From contig NC_006576.1 in NCBI RefSeq assembly GCF_000010065.1, positions 900,001 through 932,000 of the forward strand: a stretch of DNA of 32,000 nucleotides. Direction: 5' to 3'. Source of the DNA: Synechococcus elongatus PCC 6301. Lineage in GTDB: Bacteria > Cyanobacteriota > Cyanobacteriia > Synechococcales > Synechococcaceae. The number at the start of each line of letters is the position of its first letter. Position 1 is the stretch's first letter. Both the position numbers and the translations under genes were made by a program. Positions 14,520-27,613 of this stretch are shown here, piece after piece. The notes under the pieces are model-generated. The model was not told the origin of the DNA. It did not search any database and worked only from the letters and a program-made list of their open reading frames with translations.

Positions 14520-15797
14520 ATGGCTTTTTCTAATCGCAAGCTCATCGCCGGTATTTGTGCTTCTGCGATCGCGACCGTAGCTGTGGTGGGGGCAGGGAAT
14601 CACTGGGCGAGGGGGCAAGCGCTCTTTCAAGAAAGCCCAAAAGAGATCATTGATGAAGTCTGGCAAGTTGTCGATCGCAACTACGTTGATAGCGTTGGCA
14701 CTTTTGATCGCAACAAATGGCGTCAGCTGAGACGCGAATATCTTGCCCGGAATTACAAGACGCGGGAAGAGGCCTACAGCGCTGTCAAAGAGATGCTGAA
14801 GACGCTGGGGGATCCTTACACCCGCTTCATGGATCCGGATGAGTTTAAAGACATGCAAATTGACACTTCGGGTGAACTCACCGGGGTGGGAATTCAGCTT
14901 AGCCAGGACCCTGATACAAAAGAGCTGATCGTTGTTTCACCGATCGAAGGTTCTCCGGCTGCTGCGGCAGGCATTCGATCGCGGGACGTCATCGTCAAAA
15001 TTGACCAAAAGACCACGCAAGGCATGTCTTCCGATGAGGCGGTCAAACTGATCCGTGGCCCCGTCGGTAGCAAGATCACGCTGACCATCCGCCGCGAGAA
15101 AGAAACGATCGCCTTCCCGATCGTGCGGGAACGGATTGAGATTCACTCCGTGAGTGCCCGCGTTCAAGAGTCGCCAACCGGCCCCGTCGGCTACATCCGC
15201 CTGCGGCAATTTAGTGCCAACTCGGCACCAGAAATGCGGCAAGCCATCAAGGATTTGGAGGCCAAAAATGTTAAGGGCTATGTGCTTGACCTGCGATCCA
15301 ATCCAGGCGGGTTGCTCTACGCGAGCATCGACATTGCTCGGATGTGGCTACCGAAAGGCGTAATTGTCTCGACCAAAGATCGCAGCGGCATTTCGGAGCA
15401 AGCATCGGCGAACAACCGTGCACTGACCGATAAGCCTCTCGTCGTTTTGGTGGATGGCGGTTCAGCTAGCGCTAGCGAAATCCTCTCTGGTGCTCTGCAA
15501 GACAACAACCGAGCTGTCCTGATTGGTTCCAAGACCTTTGGTAAAGGTCTTGTGCAATCCGTGCGGCCGCTGGGCGATGGCTCTGGGTTAGCGGTCACGA
15601 TCGCCAAGTACCTAACCCCCAGTGGTCGGGACATCAATAAGCAGGGAATCGAGCCCAATATTGTTGCTGAACTGACCGATGCTCAGCGCGAAGATCTCAG
15701 CAAAAATCAGGATCAAATTGGAACGGCTAGCGATCCTCAATTCCAATCAGCTCTGAAAGTGCTGACCCAACAGATTGCAACAGCTTCGAATAAGTAA
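14520..15797 (+). CDS. Carboxyl-terminal processing protease, S41A family (CtpA/B/C type) with a PDZ domain
   Basis: 425 aa. It has an N-terminal hydrophobic segment and a PDZ region (GVGIQL...VVSPIEGSPAAAAGI). The catalytic region is LDLRSNPGGLL...VLVDGGSASASEI...GSKTFGKG. Confidence 0.9.
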   Translation: MAFSNRKLIAGICASAIATVAVVGAGNHWARGQALFQESPKEIIDEVWQVVDRNYVDSVGTFDRNKWRQLRREYLARNYKTREEAYSAVKEMLKTLGDPYTRFMDPDEFKDMQIDTSGELTGVGIQLSQDPDTKELIVVSPIEGSPAAAAGIRSRDVIVKIDQKTTQGMSSDEAVKLIRGPVGSKITLTIRREKETIAFPIVRERIEIHSVSARVQESPTGPVGYIRLRQFSANSAPEMRQAIKDLEAKNVKGYVLDLRSNPGGLLYASIDIARMWLPKGVIVSTKDRSGISEQASANNRALTDKPLVVLVDGGSASASEILSGALQDNNRAVLIGSKTFGKGLVQSVRPLGDGSGLAVTIAKYLTPSGRDINKQGIEPNIVAELTDAQREDLSKNQDQIGTASDPQFQSALKVLTQQIATASNK

Positions 15798-15843
15798 ATC
15801 GGTTCTGTTTGCTGTCTCAATTCCTTAGAATGCTGCAGTGATG

Positions 15844-15881
15844 AGAGGGACGAGTTGCGATCGCAACTCGTCCCTCTTTTT
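15844..15881 (+). terminator. Intrinsic terminator after the ctp gene, with a HIP1 site at the hairpin tip
   Basis: A perfect 14-bp stem GAGGGACGAGTTGC/GCAACTCGTCCCTC is followed by TTTTT. GCGATCGC (15857-15864) forms the apex. Confidence 0.7.
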
Positions 15882-15972
15882 GATCGATTTTGAAGATAAA
15901 TGAGTCTAGAGAAGCCAACTTAACTCACCCAAGTTAAGGAGCAATGGATGAGTAGCTGGCAGGCGATCGTAG

Positions 15973-19266
<3,294 letters not shown>

Positions 19267-19388
19267 GGTACGGTCACAGCGGCAAATCCGATCTATTCTG
19301 CCATCCGCGCTGGTGCTCCCCGACACTGACCATGAGGTCAGGCTTGTATGCTAGGGACAATTGCGCATGGGTATCGTCACCACCGGCT

Positions 19389-20027
19389 ATGAGCGAACTT
19401 CAGCGTCTCAAGGGTTTGCTGCCACCCGAATTGCAGAGTTGGGTCTTTGTCGAAGCTTCGGCTGCCGTCGATCCGCCCTTGGTGACCTGCGAAGAAATCG
19501 GCCGCGACGAAGTCGAAATCCAGATCGACCTCCTGCGCTGGGAGCAGTTAGCGATCGACCAACGCAACCTGCTGTTCTGGCATGAAGTGGGCCGCATCCA
19601 AAATGATGCAATTCCCCGTGATGGCTGGGAAATGGCAGCTTTGGCGATCGGCTTGGGCGGCGCTGTCGGTGAACTGTGGGTGCGCGACGGTCTGTTGCTG
19701 TTGCTAGCCCTTGGCCTCTCGGGATTTGCTGGCTATCGCCTTTACCTAAAAAACAACAGCGAGAAAAAGCTGCAAGAAGCGATCGCAGCTGATGAACGCG
19801 CGATCGCGCTCTCAACGCGCTTTGGTTACAGTCTGCCGAATGCCTACAAGAGTTTAGGCAGCGCCATCAAAACGCTGATTGAGCAAACCCCCAAGAAAAA
19901 ACAGCGCAGCTTCTACGAAAATCGATTGCAAGCTTTGCGCCGCAGTGCTGCCAAAGCAAAAGCGAAGGCTCAACAGCAAGTGGCCGCGAATCCTGAAACT
20001 TTCGAAGACGTCTATCAGCAAGGCTAG
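19389..20027 (+). CDS. Conserved cyanobacterial hypothetical membrane protein (possibly the DUF3318 family, from memory)
   Basis: Start at ATG 19389 (MSELQRLKGLLPPELQSWVFVE...). It has two hydrophobic helices (AALAIGLGGAVGELW, LLLLLALGLSGFAGY) and a Lys/Ala-rich C-terminus. The track start at 19215 overlaps the carB 5' end. Confidence 0.65.
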   Translation: MSELQRLKGLLPPELQSWVFVEASAAVDPPLVTCEEIGRDEVEIQIDLLRWEQLAIDQRNLLFWHEVGRIQNDAIPRDGWEMAALAIGLGGAVGELWVRDGLLLLLALGLSGFAGYRLYLKNNSEKKLQEAIAADERAIALSTRFGYSLPNAYKSLGSAIKTLIEQTPKKKQRSFYENRLQALRRSAAKAKAKAQQQVAANPETFEDVYQQG

Positions 20028-20029
20028 AG

Positions 20030-20359
20030 CTACGGCTGATAGTCAGTTTCTGGCCAAGTAGCTTTGATTTCAGCCGCTTGCTGAGCAGTCGTAAACCGCT
20101 CCCAGAGAATGCCATTGCAATCGCGATCGCACTCAAACGATTCTGCTTGCGGATCTTCCCAGCCCAAGTGGCGGAGTTGACCCGCTTGTTCTGGCTCTGT
20201 CTGGCGAATCGAAAGGTTGAGCTGCGGCGTGCGCCAGAGTGCATAGGCTCCGGCGATCACGACTTCGGGTTCTTGCCCCAGTCGCTGCGAATAATCCGCT
20301 ACTGAAGCAGCAACATCAGCCACAGCGATCGCGATGTGCAAGCGTTTCGGCTCAGTCAT
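20030..20359 (-). CDS. Small VOC/glyoxalase-like family protein (tentative)
   Basis: 109 aa. LHIAIAVADVAASVADYSQRLG is reminiscent of a VOC-fold beta-alpha start. Assignment is weak. Confidence 0.45.
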   Translation of the reverse strand: MTEPKRLHIAIAVADVAASVADYSQRLGQEPEVVIAGAYALWRTPQLNLSIRQTEPEQAGQLRHLGWEDPQAESFECDRDCNGILWERFTTAQQAAEIKATWPETDYQP

Positions 20360-20410
20360 CTGCCAACTCCTCGAACACGCTTAGGGACAGCAATTGCCCG
20401 ACTAAATCAC

Positions 20411-22162
20411 TCAGCGATTGGATTCGAGAGCCAGCGTAGGGAAGAAAGCCGCAGCGCGATCGCGAGAGAAAGCCACAAAGGCATTAAAGGCATGGCCTGC
20501 CACTCGGGCAGGTTCCAGTTCCGGTCGCAGCAGCTCCCACAGTCGCTGCAGGGGTTCCGTTTGCAAGCGCTCATTCTCAGTCAGAGCGAGCAGCAGCTGA
20601 TTGCGCAGATAAGCTCCTTCATCCGAGAACAGATATTGCAGACCCATTTGTGCAGTCGGCAGTAGATCAAAACCGCCGTCATTCTGAGCGATCGCAATCA
20701 GATTTTCGAGGCGATTCCAGCGGAATTTGCCATCTTTGACCAACACTTCCAAGAGACGACGACGGAGCTGCGGCGATTCACCCTGTAGTAGTCGCTTAGC
20801 GATGTAGGGATAGGCCACATCGACAATGCGGAAGTCGGGATTAACGCTCAACGCCAAACCTTCTTGCGTGACGAGCGATCGAATGATCAGGGCAAATTTA
20901 GCCGGAACACGGAAAGGATAGTCATACATCAACTCTGAGAAGCGATCGGTAATCGTCTTGAAGTTGAAGTCGCGAACCTTCTCGCCCATGATGTCGCCCA
21001 GCACCGACTCCAAGGCTGGGATAATGGGCGTGAGATCACTATCGGGCGTCAGGAAGCCAAGGGTAATAAAGTCCTGCGCCAGCTCAACATAATCACGATT
21101 GATCAAGTGAACGACGGCATCGACTAGGGTTTCTTTGGTCAACTGATCCAGCTGATCCATCATGCCGAAGTCAATGTAAGCCATGCAGCCTAAGCCATCG
21201 GGTCGCGGGCTGGATGGCAGGGCAAAGAGGTTGCCCGGGTGAGGATCGGCGTGGAAGAAACCAAATTCCAGCAGTTGCTGCAAACCGGAAATAACACCAG
21301 TTTTGACTACTGCATCTGCATTAATACCCAACTGGTCAAGTTCGGCAGCAGCAGTGAGTTTGACACCGTCAATCCATTCCAGCGTCAGCACATGACGGCT
21401 GCTAAATGCCCAGTAAATTTTGGGCGCTTTGACATAGGGACAGTCGCGGAAGTTTTCGGCAAAACGTTCCGCATTACGTCCTTCATTTTCGTAGTCAATT
21501 TCCTCGAATAGCTTGTAGCCAAACTCATCGACAATCAGCGTCAAATCGTGGCCAAGATTGAGTGGCAACAACGATCCAAACCAAGTTGCAGCCCAGCGAA
21601 TCAGAAACAGATCGAGGGTGATTGTCGGCAGCAGATTAGGGCGCTGGACTTTAACTGCGACCGTTTCGCCACTGAACAATTTGCCTTTATAGACCTGACC
21701 TAAACTGGCAGCTGCGATTGGCTCTGGCGAGAGTTCTTCAAAGGACTGACTGACGGGTCGCCCCAGTTCCTCTGCCATGATCTCGAAGGCTTGATCATTG
21801 GGAAAAGGGGGCAGCTGGTCTTGCAGTTTGGTCAGTTCATCCAAGAAATCGACTCGCACCAAATCTGGCCGCGTCGAGAGGGCCTGACCCGCTTTGATAA
21901 AGGTTGGTCCTAGGTTCGTCAGAATCTGTCGTAGTTCCGCTGCCCGCTCCGGCAGATGAGCATCACCAGCCTGTTGGCGCTGATCCCATAACAGTCGCCA
22001 GCCAAACCCTAGGAAGTTCCAGAAAATAACGCTGAGCCGCGCGATCGCCAACCAAGGACGACGACGGTAGTAGCGGGTGATCGCCTCGGCATCGTAGCGA
22101 TCGTAGGCAGCAAGGGGAAAACTCACAGGCGGCAACCAAAACTGGAGGAGCGCACTGGCCAC
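20411..22162 (-). CDS. ABC1/UbiB-family atypical kinase
   Basis: 583 aa. Motifs are AAASLGQVYKG, VAVKVQRP, EEIDYENEGRNAERF and FFHADPHPGNL. Confidence 0.9.
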   Translation of the reverse strand: MASALLQFWLPPVSFPLAAYDRYDAEAITRYYRRRPWLAIARLSVIFWNFLGFGWRLLWDQRQQAGDAHLPERAAELRQILTNLGPTFIKAGQALSTRPDLVRVDFLDELTKLQDQLPPFPNDQAFEIMAEELGRPVSQSFEELSPEPIAAASLGQVYKGKLFSGETVAVKVQRPNLLPTITLDLFLIRWAATWFGSLLPLNLGHDLTLIVDEFGYKLFEEIDYENEGRNAERFAENFRDCPYVKAPKIYWAFSSRHVLTLEWIDGVKLTAAAELDQLGINADAVVKTGVISGLQQLLEFGFFHADPHPGNLFALPSSPRPDGLGCMAYIDFGMMDQLDQLTKETLVDAVVHLINRDYVELAQDFITLGFLTPDSDLTPIIPALESVLGDIMGEKVRDFNFKTITDRFSELMYDYPFRVPAKFALIIRSLVTQEGLALSVNPDFRIVDVAYPYIAKRLLQGESPQLRRRLLEVLVKDGKFRWNRLENLIAIAQNDGGFDLLPTAQMGLQYLFSDEGAYLRNQLLLALTENERLQTEPLQRLWELLRPELEPARVAGHAFNAFVAFSRDRAAAFFPTLALESNR

Positions 22163-22228
22163 TGACCCTAACCTAGATTGTCAGAAGCTTGTAACAACAG
22201 TATAGAAAACGACACAAAGTCACGCCGC

Positions 22229-23698
22229 ATGGCCAAGCCGCTCTTTGACCAACTGCTGGCGAGCGCTCAGCAGGCCCGCGCTCCTTTTCACACGCCGGGA
22301 CACAAGCTCGGGCGGGCGATCGCAACCCATCTTCAACAGGCCTGGGGATCAGCCATTTTCCAGAGTGATCTACCCGAGTTACCGGAGTTGGATAATCTCT
22401 ACGCCGCCAGCGGGGTTTTAGCCGAGAGTCAAGCCCAAGCAGCGGAGGTGTTTGGGGCCGATCGCAGCTGGTTTTTGGTCAATGGCTCGACTGGCGGACT
22501 GTTGGCCGCGATTTTGACCATCTGCAGTCCCGGCGATCGCCTGCTGTTGCCCCGCAATGCTCACCGATCGCTGTTGAGTGGCTGCATTTTGAGCGGCGCG
22601 ATGCCGGTTTGGATCACGCCACCGGAGGCGGCAGACTTTGACCTAGTTGGTGTCCCAACGCCTGAACAAGTCGCTACAGCACTGGCTCAGGATCCGCAGA
22701 TCAAAGCAGTTGTGCTTGTCTCACCGACCTACGAAGGAGTCTGCGCGGATGTGGCTGCGATCGCCGCGATCGCACACAATCACAACCTGCCGCTGATTAT
22801 TGATGCCGCTCACGGCGCGCATTTGGGCTTCCATCCTGACCTCCCGCGATCGCCCTTACATGAAGGCGCAGATTTGGTTGTCCAATCAACTCACAAGCTA
22901 CTGGGAGCGTTGACTCAAGCCGCCATGCTGCACTGCAAGGGCGATCGCATTGATCCTGAACGGCTCAGCCAATCCTTAGCTCTGGTGCAGAGCAGTAGCC
23001 CGAGTTACCTCTTGCTAGCCTCGCTGGAAGCGGCAACAGAACAGATGCGAACTTCAGCCCAAGACTTACTCCAAGTCACCATTGATCTCGCTCGCCAAGC
23101 CCATCAGCGACTGGCCGAGTTGCCGGGTCTGCAGTTACCCGCTCTAAAGATCGGCAATCGCGAGGGCTTTCCCCAGTGGGACCGAACACGGCTGGTGATC
23201 AACTTTCAGTCCTGCGGCTGGAGCGGCTTCTGCGCCGATGAATATTTGCACGAGCAATGGCAAGTTACGGCGGAGTTGCCCAGCCTCTCGAATCTTGTTT
23301 TTCATCTCAGCTTGGGTAACCGTATTGAAGACATCGATCGCCTCGTCACAGCCTGCGATCGCCTCCTCTCTCAGGAACATCAAGAGGAACTGCCACCGCG
23401 TCTGCCGGTTTGGTTAGAACCCGAAACCATCCTGAGCCCTCGCCAAGCTTGGTTTTCTCGCCATCAAACCGTCAGTGCAGAGCAAGCGATCGGCGCGATC
23501 GCGGCAGAATGTGTTTGGCCCTACCCGCCCGGGATTCCCGTTTTGGTGGCTGGCGAGCGGATTTCGAAGAGCGCAGTAGACTATCTGCGACAGGTACAGA
23601 CGACCGGCGGCATTCTCAGCGGGTGCGCTGACCCTGAACTAACCACCCTGCGCATCGTGCAGGACTCTGACACGATTCATGCCTCCTGCCTCTCCTGA
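22229..23698 (+). CDS. Orn/Lys/Arg decarboxylase-family PLP enzyme
   Basis: FHTPGHK is near the N-terminus, and the PLP-lysine motif is VQSTHKLLGALTQAAMLH. The start is chosen at ATG 22229 (MAKPLFDQ...); the track uses TTG 22178. Confidence 0.85.
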   Translation: MAKPLFDQLLASAQQARAPFHTPGHKLGRAIATHLQQAWGSAIFQSDLPELPELDNLYAASGVLAESQAQAAEVFGADRSWFLVNGSTGGLLAAILTICSPGDRLLLPRNAHRSLLSGCILSGAMPVWITPPEAADFDLVGVPTPEQVATALAQDPQIKAVVLVSPTYEGVCADVAAIAAIAHNHNLPLIIDAAHGAHLGFHPDLPRSPLHEGADLVVQSTHKLLGALTQAAMLHCKGDRIDPERLSQSLALVQSSSPSYLLLASLEAATEQMRTSAQDLLQVTIDLARQAHQRLAELPGLQLPALKIGNREGFPQWDRTRLVINFQSCGWSGFCADEYLHEQWQVTAELPSLSNLVFHLSLGNRIEDIDRLVTACDRLLSQEHQEELPPRLPVWLEPETILSPRQAWFSRHQTVSAEQAIGAIAAECVWPYPPGIPVLVAGERISKSAVDYLRQVQTTGGILSGCADPELTTLRIVQDSDTIHASCLS

Positions 23699-24293
23699 CC
23701 GTTCCTGGCCCTACACGACGTCGGGCATCCCTGACGATTGGTTTGCCCAACTACCCGGAATCCCCCTCACGAAGCGGGAAGTGCGGCTGCTGATTTTGGC
23801 GCAACTCCGCCTCGAAGCTAGCTCCTGTCTCTGGGACGTTGGCGCAGGAACGGGCACGATTCCGGTTGAAGCGGGTTTGCTCTGCCCCAAGGGCAAAGTG
23901 ATTGCGATCGAGCGGGATGAGGAAGTTTGCGCCCTGATCCAGCGCAATTGCCAACAGTTCGCCGTCAGCAATGTCGATGTCGTTATGTGCACCGCACCCG
24001 ACTGCTTGGCGGCGATCGCCCACTCTCCCGATCGCGCCGTGATTGAAGGCGGCCGCCCGATCGCCACTGTGATTAGTAGCGTCTGGCAACGACTCCAGCC
24101 CCAAGGTCGCCTTGTCGTGACCACTGCCAGCTTGGAGGGGCTATATACGATTTCAGAGACGCTAGCTCAGCTCCCAGCTCGCAATATCGAAGTGGTGCAA
24201 GCGGCGATGAATCGTCTCGAACGCCGAGGCCGCAGCCAAGTGCTCGCGGCAGTTGATCCAATCTTTATCCTCAGCGGTGAAAAACTGGAATAG
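23679..24293 (+). CDS. cbiT: Precorrin-6Y C5,15-methyltransferase (decarboxylating), CbiT-type subunit
   Basis: 204 aa. The pattern PLTKREVRLL...LWDVGAGTGTIPVEA...VIAIERDEE is typical of the CbiT SAM methyltransferase. It overlaps the previous gene by 20 nt. Confidence 0.8.
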   Translation: MPPASPDRSWPYTTSGIPDDWFAQLPGIPLTKREVRLLILAQLRLEASSCLWDVGAGTGTIPVEAGLLCPKGKVIAIERDEEVCALIQRNCQQFAVSNVDVVMCTAPDCLAAIAHSPDRAVIEGGRPIATVISSVWQRLQPQGRLVVTTASLEGLYTISETLAQLPARNIEVVQAAMNRLERRGRSQVLAAVDPIFILSGEKLE

Positions 24294-24299
24294 CTCCTA

Positions 24300-24935
24300 T
24301 CAGCAAGAAACCGACTCTAAACCTTGAGTCATCACTGCAAAATCCGCCAGTGCAATGTCAGGAATTGCCGCCAGTACAGACTCCCAATCAAGACTGGCTT
24401 GAAGAGTCTGGACAACAATCGGAAGAGGCTCCGCAAAAATCACGGGCCAGTCGGCTTCCCCCAGCTGCTGTGCTGAGTAGGCAAGCTGCTCTTGCGGTGG
24501 GCAAAACTGAGCATCAATGTCCGCTTTATTGCCTCGTGGATCGAGGCGATACCAACCAAGTCCCGGGAGTTTTACAGCCACTAATCCATGCAAGCAGTAG
24601 CGCTCGCTCGCTTCATCAAAGCTGAGTCGCTGATAGCAAAAGCCCGCTGGAATTGAGCAAGCCCGCAGCAGTGCAACCAACAGATGACTTTTGGCGTAGC
24701 AATAGCCGGTTCGATGCTCCAGCACCTCTGAAGCGCGACAAGTGACAGGATTAAGTTGATAGTCGGAACTATGGCGAATCTGATCGCGCACCCATTCAAA
24801 GCAAGCCTGAGCGATCGCCGTTGTAGAAGTCTGATCAGCCCGAAGTTCTGCCGCCAAGATTTGAATCGAGGGATGATCGAAATTGATCACAGAACTCACA
24901 GCAAGATAGGGACTGATTGACTCAACTGCTGACAT
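24300..24935 (-). CDS. Transglutaminase-like superfamily protein (cysteine-protease fold)
   Basis: HRTGYCYAKSHLLVALLRACSIPAGF holds the core Cys, and a downstream His/Asp region is present (CLHGLVAV...WYRLDPRG). Confidence 0.75.
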   Translation of the reverse strand: MSAVESISPYLAVSSVINFDHPSIQILAAELRADQTSTTAIAQACFEWVRDQIRHSSDYQLNPVTCRASEVLEHRTGYCYAKSHLLVALLRACSIPAGFCYQRLSFDEASERYCLHGLVAVKLPGLGWYRLDPRGNKADIDAQFCPPQEQLAYSAQQLGEADWPVIFAEPLPIVVQTLQASLDWESVLAAIPDIALADFAVMTQGLESVSC

Positions 24936-25557
24936 TTTTCAGAACATCCAAATCTGCACCCACGATCGCTTCTAAATTCTCAGTAATTTTCTCAACTGGC
25001 CAATCCCACCAAGCAATTTCTAACAAGGCTTCGATGACAGGCTCTGAAAAACGCATCTTCAAAACATCTGCGGGATTTCCCCCAACAATCCCATAGGGTG
25101 GCACATCTTTAGTAACGAGCGATCGCGCTCCGATAATCGCACCGTGACCGATTTTCACACCTGGCAAAATTAGCGTTTCATAACCAATCCAAACATCATT
25201 ACCAATGACGGTATCACCTTTATAAGGATAGTCGCCCGGCTGAGGCATAACGCGATCCCAGCTCGGCCCAAAGATCTCAAAGGGATAGGTTGAAAAGCCC
25301 GACATCTTGTGAGCCGCACCATTCATGATGAATTTCACACCTCGAGCGATCGCACAAAACTTACCGATGATCAGCTTATCGCCGACAAAGGGAAAGTGAT
25401 AAAGCACATTACGCTCAAAGTTCTCAGAATCTTCAGGATCATCGTAATAGGTGTAATCCCCAATCAGAATATTGGGATTTTTCACCGTATTCTTGATGAA
25501 GCAGACCTGCAGAAAATCTGGCAAAGGATGCTTATTGTGAGGACTGGGATAGGTCAT
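24922..25557 (-). CDS. Vat-family / xenobiotic (XAT class) hexapeptide-repeat O-acetyltransferase
   Basis: 211 aa. The motifs NPNILIGDYTYYDD, KLIIGKFCAIA, HKMSGFSTYPF, GDTVIGNDVWIGYETLILPGVKIGHGAIIGARSLVTKDVPPYGIVGGNPA and WWDW resemble streptogramin A and type-B chloramphenicol acetyltransferases. Confidence 0.85.
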   Translation of the reverse strand: MTYPSPHNKHPLPDFLQVCFIKNTVKNPNILIGDYTYYDDPEDSENFERNVLYHFPFVGDKLIIGKFCAIARGVKFIMNGAAHKMSGFSTYPFEIFGPSWDRVMPQPGDYPYKGDTVIGNDVWIGYETLILPGVKIGHGAIIGARSLVTKDVPPYGIVGGNPADVLKMRFSEPVIEALLEIAWWDWPVEKITENLEAIVGADLDVLKNVSS

Positions 25558-25589
25558 TAACAGCAGTCAAATCAGTAGGGGACTCGTTT

Positions 25590-26810
25590 CTAGCAACGCT
25601 GACAAAGATCGCTCGGTAAGACCTCAGCTAAGCCCAAGATTTCTAAGTGAGTCAAGTGAATTTGAACCTGATGAAAGTCCAGCCCCGATTGCTCGACAAT
25701 GTCATCTTTGCTGATCGGCTGGTCGCTTAACAGGGCATAGACCTGTGCTTGTTCAGGACTGAGATCAGCGATCGCTTCTTCTACTTCTTGACTCGGCACT
25801 GCTGAGGGCATCAGGGGCGGGGACTGTGGATCGAGGGGTGGCAACTGCCGCAGCCAGTCGAGGAGATGACCGGAGCCTAAAATTGGTTGCGCACCCTGTT
25901 GAATTAAACTCAGGCAACCTGCTGCTTTAGGGTTATCTAAACTATTGGGCAAGATGTAGACATCTCGACAGAATTCATTCGCGAGATGAGCTGTAATCAA
26001 CGCACCTGATCGACCTGGCGCTTCTGTCACTAACAGTGCCCGACTGAGACCCGCAATGATGCGATTGCGGGCAGGAAAAGAGCCGCGATCGGGTTGCGTG
26101 CCGCTGGGCTGCTCACTCAGAATTAATCCACCTTGCTCCAAAATCGCCTCGTACAAGGCGCGGTTCTGCGGCGGATAGATCACATTGACGCCAGTGCCGA
26201 GCACTGCCACGGTTTTGCCCCGCGCTTCCAGACAAGCTTGATGGGCTTCCGTATCCACGCCGTAGGCCAAGCCAGAAATCACGGTGTAACCGGCTTGGGC
26301 GATCGCACCACTTAACTTGCCAGTCCAGCGACGACCGTAGGGCGAGGGGTCACGAGTGCCCACAACCCCGATCGCGACAGCGTCCAGCGGCGGTTGAATC
26401 AGGTCTAAGTTGCCTCGGTAGTAAAGGACAGGCGGTGGCGTGGGAATTTCACGTAAGAGGCGCGGATAGGCCGGATCAGTCCACAGTAAAAAATGAGGAT
26501 TTTGGCGCTGGTGCTGCTCCCACAAAGCTTCTGGCTGGTGCTGCTGTCTGACAGTTGCGATCGCTTCTGCCAACAACAACCCGATCCCATCGACTTCCAG
26601 TAGTGCAGTTGTTGGTGCTTCCCAAGCAGCTTCAAAGCAACCAAAGTGCATCAGCAACCGCCGGAGCAAGGCTGGCCCTAGGCGTGGCACATGTGACAGG
26701 GCAAGACAGTAGAGGGACTCCGGATCAGGACTGGCCCAAGCCGTCGAGGATTCTTGCAAGCGCGATCGCAGCGGTGCAACAGAATCAAGCAAGGTCATAG
26801 CAGCGATCAC
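25590..26810 (-). CDS. dprA: DNA-processing protein DprA (Smf)
   Basis: The Rossmann-like DprA core is VGTRDPSPYG...ISGLAYGVDTEAHQA...AVLGTGVNVIYPPQN...SFPARNRIIAGLS. A C-terminal winged-helix-like tail follows. Confidence 0.9.
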   Translation of the reverse strand: MIAAMTLLDSVAPLRSRLQESSTAWASPDPESLYCLALSHVPRLGPALLRRLLMHFGCFEAAWEAPTTALLEVDGIGLLLAEAIATVRQQHQPEALWEQHQRQNPHFLLWTDPAYPRLLREIPTPPPVLYYRGNLDLIQPPLDAVAIGVVGTRDPSPYGRRWTGKLSGAIAQAGYTVISGLAYGVDTEAHQACLEARGKTVAVLGTGVNVIYPPQNRALYEAILEQGGLILSEQPSGTQPDRGSFPARNRIIAGLSRALLVTEAPGRSGALITAHLANEFCRDVYILPNSLDNPKAAGCLSLIQQGAQPILGSGHLLDWLRQLPPLDPQSPPLMPSAVPSQEVEEAIADLSPEQAQVYALLSDQPISKDDIVEQSGLDFHQVQIHLTHLEILGLAEVLPSDLCQRC

Positions 26811-26824
26811 AGACAGATCGCTCC

Positions 26825-27613
26825 CTAGGGTGCCCGCCCACAGACCAATCGCACGACTGCGCCCATGTTGGCTGCTAAAGTCTGCTGCGCAGAGCCGTTA
26901 CGCTGGGCGATTTCCAAATAGCCATGACTCCCTGCCAGCACCAGCAGCTCGCCAATCGCAACCTCGCTGTAAGTCCGAGCCAAGGGCAACCAGCGATCGC
27001 CCCAGATCAGACCTGCCGCTGTTTGACCCAGTTCGGCTGGAAGATTGGTGATCAAGTTGCCAAAGCGATCGATCGCCTGAATTTGTCCCTGCCAACCCTG
27101 ATCCGATCGCTGCGGGTGCGACTCGATCAGAGTCTGCAGGGAAGCGGGATCGATCAGAGGCCCCAGCTCAGTCAACGGCACGCCATTGAGCAAATGAGCG
27201 GCCGCCGGTGCAAAAATGTCGCGACCATGGAAAGTCGGATCAGGCTGGGGCGATTGCCAGTAGTTCGGGTTAGTGAGGCTAACTGCCCGTTGTGCTGGAA
27301 AGCGACTGAGGACGCCACTCCAAAGGCCATTGTCAGGGCCAATTAATAGGCCGATCGCGGTTTCAATGACCACAGCGCGGCGATCACTACCCACGTCCGG
27401 ATCCACAACAGCCAGGTGCACGCTGCCGGCTGGGAAGTAGGGCACGGCTTGCAATAACTGCCAACGCCCTGCCGCCACATCCTGTGCTGGAACTTCATGA
27501 CACAAATCAACTAGGGTTGCCTGCGGGCAGAGGGAATAAATCACCCCTTTCATCGCCCCCACGTAACTGTCCTGCGACCCAAAATCCGTCAGTAAGGTCA
27601 GCAGGCGACTCAT
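26825..27613 (-). CDS. SAM hydroxide adenosyltransferase / SAM hydrolase (DUF62, chlorinase/fluorinase-like family)
   Basis: LLTDFGSQDSYVGAMKGVI, VVDPDVGS, GPDNGL, FHGRDIFAP and IDRFGNLITN are family hallmarks. Confidence 0.85.
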   Translation of the reverse strand: MSRLLTLLTDFGSQDSYVGAMKGVIYSLCPQATLVDLCHEVPAQDVAAGRWQLLQAVPYFPAGSVHLAVVDPDVGSDRRAVVIETAIGLLIGPDNGLWSGVLSRFPAQRAVSLTNPNYWQSPQPDPTFHGRDIFAPAAAHLLNGVPLTELGPLIDPASLQTLIESHPQRSDQGWQGQIQAIDRFGNLITNLPAELGQTAAGLIWGDRWLPLARTYSEVAIGELLVLAGSHGYLEIAQRNGSAQQTLAANMGAVVRLVCGRAP

